From: Rivularia sp. (in: cyanobacteria)
GTDB lineage: Bacteria; Cyanobacteriota; Cyanobacteriia; Cyanobacteriales; Nostocaceae
Length of the DNA stretch: 28,453 nt
Reading direction: 5' to 3'
Assembly: GCA_050042755.1 (NCBI GenBank)
Contig: JBHJJJ010000149.1
Span: 1-28,453 of the forward strand
Part shown: positions 1 through 7,088 of the stretch, piece by piece
Layout of the letters: each line of letters begins with the position of its first letter
Numbering within the stretch: position 1 is the stretch's first letter
Program-made: the position numbers and the translations under genes
Notes under the pieces: generated by a model
The model's database searches: none
Seen by the model: only the letters and a program-made list of their open reading frames with translations
Told to the model about the DNA's origin: nothing

Positions 1-199
1 GGGGGGGATGGGGAGAAATTTTAACTTTAAAGCTTAGTGTTATACGTGGGTGATAAATTATTTTATTTTAATATTTTTAATTATTATCAATAAATCACGA
101 TATAGATAAATTCCTTTTTTGATGATTTATTATAACGAAAAAATTTTATATTTTACTCTGTATAATTCTGGTATCAAGCTAGTCAGAAATTAGATTGAT

Positions 200-234
200 C
201 TAAAATCCAAAATCCAAAATCTAAAATCCAAAAT
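200..234. repeat. Heptanucleotide tandem repeat, 5 units (CTAAAAT/CCAAAAT), STRR-like
   Basis: Direct reading: ctaaaat ccaaaat ccaaaat ctaaaat ccaaaat, flanked by gattga on both sides. It ends 13 nt before the ATG at 248. Confidence 0.9.
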
Positions 235-247
235 CGATTGACGACTT

Positions 248-1294
248 ATGCAACAAGAAATTCTCAGCTTACAAAAGATAACTAAATTATTTGCAGAAAG
301 TGAAATTCCTGCGGTGAATAATGTCTCCTTGACATTACAAGAAGGAGATATACTAGCTTTATTAGGTCCTTCCGGTTGCGGTAAAACTACTTTGTTGCGA
401 ATAGTTGGCGGTTTTGAATATCCACAAACCGGAGAAGTTATAATTGGTAAACAGAAAGTTTGCTCTCCTGTTACTTGGATGCCACCGGAAAAACGCGATG
501 TTGGCATTGTGTTTCAAGATTATGCACTTTACCCCCATCTAACGGTAGCTCAAAACGTTGCTTTCGGCTTAAAAAATCCGGACAAACATCAGGTACAAAA
601 AAGAGTTTCCGAAGTTTTAAACTTGGTAAGACTTGAAAATTTAGAAAACCGTTATCCTTACGAACTTTCTGGAGGGCAACAGCAACGAGTCGCCTTAGCT
701 CGTGCTTTAGCACCCAAACCAAAATTGATGCTCTTAGACGAACCATTGTCTAATCTTGATATCCAAGTTAGATTACAATTGCGAGAAGAAATCCGAGATA
801 TTCTGAAACTAGCTGGTACTTCCGCAATTTTTATCACTCACGATCAAGAAGAAGCCCTAGCAATTGCAGATGTAGTAGGGGTGATGCGTTTGGGGCATTT
901 AGAACAAATTGGCACGCCAGAAGAAATTTACACTCATCCTGCATCGCGGTTTGTAGCAGAGTTTGTTACCCAAGCCAACTTCTTACCTGCTCGTCGTCAA
1001 GGTAATGTTTGGCAAACAGAAATTGGTGATTTTGAAATTAAGGGGAATCATGCCCAAGATACAGGGGAAATAATGATTCGTCAAGAAGACTTAATTTTAG
1101 AAGTTGATCAAGATGCTGATGCTCAGTGCAAGATTACCAAACGCCACTTTTTAGGGAGAGAGTATCGTTATTGTTTGGAAACTCCTTCTGGTATAGAAAT
1201 TCATGCTAGAACAATGGCAGATATAATACTACCTGAAGGAACATCTGTAAAAGTATCGATCGCGGATGATGCTGTGAGAGTTTTTCCGGAGTGA
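248..1294 (+). CDS. ABC transporter ATP-binding protein, FbpC/PotA/CysA-type importer ATPase with C-terminal regulatory (TOBE-like) extension
   Basis: Walker A GPSGCGKTT, ABC signature LSGGQQQRVALARAL, Walker B LMLLDEP, H-loop FITHDQ. The 348-aa length is typical of Fe(III)/polyamine/sulfate importer ATPases. Confidence 0.9.
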   Translation: MQQEILSLQKITKLFAESEIPAVNNVSLTLQEGDILALLGPSGCGKTTLLRIVGGFEYPQTGEVIIGKQKVCSPVTWMPPEKRDVGIVFQDYALYPHLTVAQNVAFGLKNPDKHQVQKRVSEVLNLVRLENLENRYPYELSGGQQQRVALARALAPKPKLMLLDEPLSNLDIQVRLQLREEIRDILKLAGTSAIFITHDQEEALAIADVVGVMRLGHLEQIGTPEEIYTHPASRFVAEFVTQANFLPARRQGNVWQTEIGDFEIKGNHAQDTGEIMIRQEDLILEVDQDADAQCKITKRHFLGREYRYCLETPSGIEIHARTMADIILPEGTSVKVSIADDAVRVFPE

Positions 1295-1503
1295 TTAAGT
1301 ATAAATAATTATAGCTGATTTGATTGGAATTAATTGGACGGGCATCCTTGCCCGTAGCACAAGAGTTATTATACGAGTCCACATAAAGCTTTATTCTTTA
1401 ACAATTGATACATTTCTTTGTATAAGCATGAACATTCTTCCCAAAGAGGCAGAACTTCCTCTGGAAACAGAACTTCTGCAATTTTAGTTTATTTGTAATT
1501 TTA

Positions 1504-2289
1504 TTAACTAGAAGCATCCTCGACAATTAAACGATATTGATACATCTCTTCATAAAATGGTTGGCACTCTTCTACCAAAGCCTTAAATTCCGAGGGTAAA
1601 TTTACCTGTTTTTCTTCATAAGGAATAAATCCGCTAGAATTCATAACTGTGGAATACCAAGTTGGGGCAAAAGAGGACAAGGCAGCTGTAAATAATAGTT
1701 GAGAGTTTTTTAGTCCTGGTTGCCAAGAGAGCATTTTTTCAGAAAACTCTAGCCCTAAATGAGAACATAAGATATTGAGAACTTTTTTGGGATTTTTTAC
1801 AAAGTCCGTTGAATCGATAACCAAAGGCTTAGTGCCAGTCAATGCCTCAATTTCTTTGAACATCTTATAATTTTCCACCATGCCTAAATCATGCTTTGTG
1901 ACTTTTCCATAAACCTTGTGCCAAGATACAGCAATTTCTTTGGGATTTCTAATTAAAAAAAAGTTATGAAGACTTTTTAGCCAGTTTTGACCAAATTCTG
2001 GTAGTGCGTGTTTGGATATATGCTTTTGGAAGGAAAAAGATCCACCATTAGGTAAATCCCCAGTAATTTTTTGAATTACCTTTTGGTAATTACTTTCGCA
2101 ATAATCCATCATCTCTTGTCGGTGGGGGTGGTCAAAACCGTGTGTTAACAGATAAGCTCCATATAAAGGCTCATCAAAAACAATGCAGCCATCTAACTGC
2201 TCAAAAGCTCTGGTTATTAATGTAGAACGACTTCTGGGACATGTCCACAGAGCAATATGTTTATTTTTTGTCAAAGTATCTGTTGTCAT
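1504..2289 (-). CDS. PAPS-dependent sulfotransferase family protein
   Basis: 261-aa ORF. 5'-PSB-like loop WTCPRSRSTLI near the N-terminus and 3'-PB-like block FFLIRNPKEIAVSW, matching bacterial PRSGST / RNPxDxxxS sulfotransferase motifs. Confidence 0.7.
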   Translation of the reverse strand: MTTDTLTKNKHIALWTCPRSRSTLITRAFEQLDGCIVFDEPLYGAYLLTHGFDHPHRQEMMDYCESNYQKVIQKITGDLPNGGSFSFQKHISKHALPEFGQNWLKSLHNFFLIRNPKEIAVSWHKVYGKVTKHDLGMVENYKMFKEIEALTGTKPLVIDSTDFVKNPKKVLNILCSHLGLEFSEKMLSWQPGLKNSQLLFTAALSSFAPTWYSTVMNSSGFIPYEEKQVNLPSEFKALVEECQPFYEEMYQYRLIVEDASS

Positions 2290-2499
2290 ATAGAGATTTT
2301 TAAATGACTTGTTACTACTTGAAGAATTACAATCCTTCTCAAGGATGCCATGGCGCTGTTCGCTAGAAATCTAGGTAGAGTACTGGTGCAAAAAGAAAAT
2401 ATCAATCTAAAATGCGGTTCTCGCAAAATATGACCACTCAGTACTTTATTTTACATTCATTCCTTAATCTTAAGGAGAGATTATCTGCTTTAGCTTGGA

Positions 2500-3324
2500 T
2501 TACACCAATAAAACCTCTTCTGAAACAGGCTCAATCCCTCGATAATCTCGGCTCGCTAAAAATTCCGGACGTGGGTTTTCCACAGCAACCGGAAGATTTT
2601 CAACACTATTATAGTTAATCACGACAATGGCGCGATCGTAGGGAGACATATTAGAAGCCGAACCGTGAACACAATTCGGATGGAAAAATAGCACTGAACC
2701 TGCAGGTCCCTTGGGGGCTACAATAGAGCCATACTGGTTCACCAACCTTGCTAAGGTATCTTTATCGATCATGTACTTGAGGCTAGTAGTCATAGCTACT
2801 ATCCAGTCGGGACTATCCTGATAAGCAGAATCTTGTTGCGCTTCGGTCGTAATACTAATTACGCCCTCTTTGTGGGAACCCGGAATTAACATCAGCGGTC
2901 CGTTAAATTCATTCACCTCATCCAAGAAAATCACCGCATTTGCTATCCGGGGTGTGGGTAAACCATCTTCCTGCCATAAATAAACGTAATCCTGATGCCA
3001 TTGCCAAACTTCACCATCAAATGCTTTTTTAGCATTAATTTTAAATTGATGAACATAAATTGAACTGTTCAGAATCTGCATTATTGGTGCAACAAGCTTT
3101 GAATGTTCGGACAAAAGTCTAAAAACTTCTTTTTCTTTATGAACGCCGTGAACCATCCGCACAGTTGTGCCATCTTGCTCTAGTACTTTTCCTGGCAGTT
3201 CCTTGCCATATATATCTGGCACCTCAGATTTCATTCTCTTTACTTCCTCTGGGGAAAAACAATTGGGAAAGAAGAGATAACCAAGGTCATGGTAACTTTT
3301 CAATTGTTCTGTTGTTAGTTCCAT
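2500..3324 (-). CDS. Fe(II)/2-oxoglutarate dioxygenase, PhyH superfamily, ectoine hydroxylase (EctD)-like
   Basis: Collinear with EctD as I recall it: LTTEQLKSYHDLGYLFF, IYVHQFKINAK, WQWHQDYVYLWQEDGLP (HxD iron ligands, codons 2995-2997 and 2989-2991), GPLMLIPGSH, GPAGSVLFFHPNCVHGSASN, YNSVEN. Start placed at the ATG of MELTTEQL (3324); the ORF track extends to 3354. Confidence 0.8.
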   Translation of the reverse strand: MELTTEQLKSYHDLGYLFFPNCFSPEEVKRMKSEVPDIYGKELPGKVLEQDGTTVRMVHGVHKEKEVFRLLSEHSKLVAPIMQILNSSIYVHQFKINAKKAFDGEVWQWHQDYVYLWQEDGLPTPRIANAVIFLDEVNEFNGPLMLIPGSHKEGVISITTEAQQDSAYQDSPDWIVAMTTSLKYMIDKDTLARLVNQYGSIVAPKGPAGSVLFFHPNCVHGSASNMSPYDRAIVVINYNSVENLPVAVENPRPEFLASRDYRGIEPVSEEVLLV

Positions 3325-3363
3325 AAAAAATATAAATCTCAATTTTTTTAACAATCTCAGGAC

Positions 3364-3475
3364 TTACGTAAGTGTCACAAAAGTCGGGTGGTGCCGTACA
3401 CTCCGCAGCCTCATTCCCTCGGTTCTTCATCAGTTAAAGTGACACGTGCCCCTACAAGAAAAATATGCCAGTTGC
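3364..3475 (+). mobile_element. MITE-like small dispersed repeat, copy A (about 112 bp)
   Basis: Aligns over its full length with the reverse complement of 24875-24982, e.g. ttacgtaagtgtcac.../...cccctacaagaaaaatatgccagttgc. Internal inverted heptamers gtgtcac/gtgacac. No coding capacity. Confidence 0.75.
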
Positions 3476-3518
3476 TCCCGTCCTAAATCTACCGCAAATG
3501 AGGGTATATGGTGATTAT

Positions 3519-4601
3519 TTAACTAAAAGATGCGATTTGTTCTCTATCTGCTTCTCGTGGTAAAGTACTACAAATGAAATCATATGGATTTTGTGAGTCT
3601 GTGGGACAGTACTCTAGTTCAATGCGCTCGCCGAGTCCCTCTGACTCTACTAATTTTAGCATAATCTCCAATGCTAAATGGTCTTCTAATGCCATACCCG
3701 TTGAGTCAAATACAGTTCGGCGCTGCTGCCAGGACTTAAATTCTGGCACTCTTCGCACCACTTCGAGTAAGTCAGGTCCGATTTCCGACTTTTCTAACTG
3801 CTGGCATTCCCCTTCAACCACTGCTTGTTCGGGAAAGTCTGGACAGACCAAGCTTGTCTTAAGTACAGATAAGGGCAATTCGATTTTTCCGGGAAGATCG
3901 GCACCAACAGCATTAATATGAACGTGGGGTTTGAGAGCTTCGCCACGGATAACCGGACCTGCACCAGGCTCAACCGTTGTAGCCGTGCAAAGAATATCGG
4001 CTTCCCGTTCCACTTCCTCTAAAGAACATATCCGGATCGGCAGTCCCAAGAAATCTGTTCGCAACGGTAACGAGCGAGATGCATCTGGATCGATATCGTA
4101 AACCAATACCTGCTCAAGGGCAAACACTCTACTCAAAGCGTGTAATTGAGTTACAGCCTGCGCCCCGGCTCCCACCAACCCCAAAGTACTACTCTCTGGA
4201 TGAGCCAGAATATTACTGGCAACTGCAGACGCAGCCCCAGTCCGTATAGCAGTCAAAATATTACCATCGGATATCGCCAATAAGAGACCGGTGGTGTAAT
4301 CGTAAAGGCTAATGTTAGCAACAATAGTTGGCAACCCAATTGCTTCACTATTCTTTGGTTGATAAGCGACTACTTTAATTGCAACAGACTGGTCTGTCTG
4401 TCTTTTATAGGGCATCCATTCAAGGACAGAAGGTGGCTGTATAGTTTGGAAACCTGCACGGGGTGGGTGTTCATTTAGCCCTCCAGCAGCAACCTTGAAA
4501 GCTTCTGTCAAACCAGCTATCATCTTATCCATGAGAGCATCATGCCCTATTCGCTTGATGACTGTAGAAATATCTTGAGGTCGGATTAAAAGTGTTTCCA
4601 C
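3519..4601 (-). CDS. Ornithine cyclodeaminase / mu-crystallin family NAD-dependent enzyme (ornithine or lysine cyclodeaminase-like)
   Basis: 360-aa ORF with a GTG start. Rossmann motif LGLVGAGAQAVTQL, with N- and C-terminal blocks collinear with OCD-family proteins (INAVGADLPGKIEL, VFDSTGMALED). Confidence 0.85.
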   Translation of the reverse strand: METLLIRPQDISTVIKRIGHDALMDKMIAGLTEAFKVAAGGLNEHPPRAGFQTIQPPSVLEWMPYKRQTDQSVAIKVVAYQPKNSEAIGLPTIVANISLYDYTTGLLLAISDGNILTAIRTGAASAVASNILAHPESSTLGLVGAGAQAVTQLHALSRVFALEQVLVYDIDPDASRSLPLRTDFLGLPIRICSLEEVEREADILCTATTVEPGAGPVIRGEALKPHVHINAVGADLPGKIELPLSVLKTSLVCPDFPEQAVVEGECQQLEKSEIGPDLLEVVRRVPEFKSWQQRRTVFDSTGMALEDHLALEIMLKLVESEGLGERIELEYCPTDSQNPYDFICSTLPREADREQIASFS

Positions 4602-5091
4602 GATCTTAAATAGACTAGTAAACTCTCACCAAATTTTATACAAGACTTTTAAGGAAAAGTAAAGCAAGAATTGTGTTCTTCAACCCCCTATTTGCTGAGA
4701 TGCTTGTACTTTTTTATATTATACAATTTATGATTATACGTAGAACAACCAATTTCAAAAATAATAATTAAGAATCAACTATCAATCAATAAACTAAGAC
4801 TATGCATCTGGATAAAATATACACTGCTCATTCAGCATAAGTAAGTTCGTAAGTAAAACGCAGCTCATTACCTTGAGGTTATACCGAATGTATTTGGTTT
4901 AAGGAAGGGCAATCCGAACTTCAGATTGAGAAATACTTGATGTTGATTGAATCACAAGATTGATATCTCAGAGGACAGTACCGCACGTCTTCTTTTACAA
5001 ATTTACTGCGTATTGCACCGGAGTAGGAGCATTGCGGAGACTACCCTCAACAGAAAGACACTATATTCCGTCTGTAGGATTTCTTCTGACA

Positions 5092-6078
5092 TCAACCTCC
5101 AATTTGTGACATGGTGCGATGATAAACACCATTTGTTCCCCTATCTCGCTCTTTAAAATTAATCTCTTCTTTGAGAAACAATAATTTTCTAACTTGTTCT
5201 TTTAATTGATAAGAATCAACCCCATTACGTAAAGCATCTTTTAAATTAATTTGACCAGTTTCATTTAGCAAACAAGGGCGTAACCAACCATCGGCAGATA
5301 AACGGATGCGATTACATTTGTCACAAAAACATTCTGACATTTGCGAAATAAATCCTAAAGTACCTAGAGCACCAGGAATTTTAAACACATCTGCGGGACC
5401 ATTTCCTTTTATATTAGACTCAATTAAACCAAATTTATGCAAAATAAGATCGCGTAGTTCTGCGGAAGGAATCCAAGCAGTTTCATCAAATAAATTATTA
5501 TTACCAATAGGCATAAATTCAATAAAACGAACGTGCCAATTACGCTCAATTGTTAAAGCTGCTAAATCGAGAATTTCCGCATCATTTACACCCCGAATAA
5601 CTACTACATTTAGCTTTAAAGGATTGAAACCAACTTCATAAGCTGTTTGAATACCTTGCCAAGTCTGCTGCCAGCGTGATTTTCCCCCATTACCAATCAT
5701 CTTGTCAAAAATATCTGGATTAAGGGAATCAAGACTTATATTTATACGTCGCAAACCTGCATCAAAAAGTGGTTTTGCCTACTACCCTAATAAAATACCA
5801 TTAGATGTTATGGCTATATCGACACAGTGAGGAAGAGAAGCAACTTCTCCAACAAAATCAACTATCCCTGGACGTAATAATGGTTCGCCTCCGGTAAGAC
5901 GAAATTTAGTAAATCCTAATGGAATAAAAACTTCTTTAAGTAAAGTTAATAACTCTTGATAACTCAGTAATTCTTGTTGTAAAAGATAATCAAGCTTCGC
6001 ACCTTCTGGTACACAATAATGACAGCGAAAGTTGCAGCGGTCAATTAAGCTAATACGTAGATAATCTACTTTATTCAT
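5092..6078 (-). pseudogene. moaA: GTP 3',8-cyclase MoaA (radical SAM, molybdenum cofactor biosynthesis) interrupted by two tandem in-frame TAG codons
   Basis: ORFs 5782..6078 (CNFRCHYC radical-SAM cluster motif, GGEPLL) and 5092..5754 ([11 protein letters not shown]-terminal [13 protein letters not shown] cluster motif) share one frame. The minus-strand junction reads [24 protein letters not shown], with the stops at 5782-5784 and 5779-5781. Confidence 0.85.
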
Positions 6079-6390
6079 ATATTTTTATCTATAATTAATT
6101 ATCAAATTGCTTCAAGATTATAGGTAAAAGCTTTTGATGTCAAATAGATGATTGAATAAACTGATTTATTGTTGATTAATATGCAAGTAATCCATCGGTT
6201 GCTTGTCTTTTTTTTTACGCTTATATCGAAGTACACAACGGTAATCAACCCGAAGTTAATCTACACCGCCCCCTACAAGAAAAAATCTGGCTTCTAATTA
6301 CTAACCCGGAAAGCTGCTTAATAGATATAAAAAAGTTACAATTTTTACAAAATACAATATACTACGATGTACTATTTCATGAGAATTAAT

Positions 6391-6429
6391 TGCAACTGCT
6401 TTCTGTGAAAAACAGTTGCAGTATTTTTT
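6391..6429 (+). terminator. Orphan rho-independent terminator-like hairpin plus T-tract in ORF-free region
   Basis: tgcaactg(c)tttc-tgt-gaaa(aa)cagttgca followed by gtatttttt. There is no + strand ORF upstream. Confidence 0.45.
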
Positions 6430-7088
6430 GTCTCGGAATATAAATAACCATTAATTAAAAAATATTAAAAGTAGGAAAAGTAGGAAAAGTAATAGATTTC
6501 GATGAAAAAATTTAAAGCTGATGTTTTGGAGTCAATTTCTGCATAAAAATTAACACTTTTAGTTACAATAGCTGTAGCTTAGATAAAGCGTTTGTAGTCC
6601 CAAGTTTGTAGCTTGCTAAAACTCCTATAACTTAAAATGCCAACATTCAAAGATACAAAAAGAAGGTTGATTAATAGTTACTTGTTTGCTATAAATGAAA
6701 TCACAACATCAAAATTGTCTTCTATGCTACAATTTACTAGGAAAAGTTGAAGATTCAAGTGTGTGGTTTAAACCCAAGGTTGGATAGTTGAATCTGAACA
6801 GCGATTATATGGCAAGAACATGGGTTTTGTCACCTATCTGATTAAATAACAGCAAATCAGACTGTACAGTAGAGCTCGGGGGCACTATCAAAGCAAAATT
6901 GGGAAAACAGAATTGCCCAGAACGTTGATTAGCCTAGGCGTTGGGATTATGGTTTAAGGGTTAGCTGGTTAAAGATTGAGAGTAGAGATTACTTTCGTGA
7001 GATATTAAAGCTTGGTTGATAGATTGAGAATTCCCATCCTTGAGGGAGAGGGGGTAAAGTTAGTTGTAGTCTATTCGAGATTATTAAA

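Noticed and set aside
190-746. ORFs 190..507 and 471..746 on the minus strand
   Set aside because: Both are antisense to the well-supported ABC ATPase gene. They have no recognisable motifs and low-complexity, odd composition, so they are treated as shadow ORFs.
1338-1355. Hairpin acgggca-tcct-tgcccgt after the ABC ATPase gene
   Set aside because: It is a 7-bp stem with no T-tract, so it is too weak to call a terminator with confidence.
1450-1476. Direct repeat cagaacttc x2 with weak gcagaa/ttctgc pairing, considered as a terminator for the sulfotransferase gene
   Set aside because: The stem is short and interrupted, and no U-tract follows on the minus strand.
2412-2618. 68-aa + strand ORF
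   Set aside because: It overlaps the 3' end of the EctD-like gene on the opposite strand and has neither an RBS nor motifs.
3325-3354. 10-codon N-terminal extension (MLKKLRFIFF) of the dioxygenase ORF
   Set aside because: Homology to EctD-type proteins begins at MELTTEQL, so the ATG at 3324 is preferred. This cannot be settled without experimental data.
3574-3921. 115-aa + strand ORF
   Set aside because: It is antisense to the cyclodeaminase gene and Ser-rich, so it is treated as a shadow ORF.
4947-5641. ORFs 4947..5156 (+) and 5306..5641 (+)
   Set aside because: Both overlap or are antisense to moaA and show no motifs.
5779-5784. TAG TAG in moaA read as pyrrolysine, and TGA in isiA (27335-27337) read as selenocysteine
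   Set aside because: Neither position corresponds to a catalytic Cys/Sec or Pyl context: the isiA site aligns with Gly. No SECIS-like or PYLIS-like structure is evident, and Pyl machinery is not known in cyanobacteria. A nonsense mutation or sequencing error is more parsimonious.
6079-6300. Possible Moco riboswitch upstream of moaA (minus strand)
   Set aside because: I could not recognise the conserved Moco-motif stems or loops in this AT-rich leader. A covariance-model search would be needed, so no call is made.
6467-6492. Tandem aaaagtagg/gtaggaaaa duplication
   Set aside because: There are only about 2.3 copies of a 9-bp unit with no spacers. This is not a CRISPR array and is probably simple slippage.
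191-7030. Recurrent agattga heptamer (near 191, 4922, 4957, 6973 and 7020), considered as a possible shared operator
   Set aside because: About this many occurrences of an AT-rich 7-mer are expected by chance in 28 kb on two strands.
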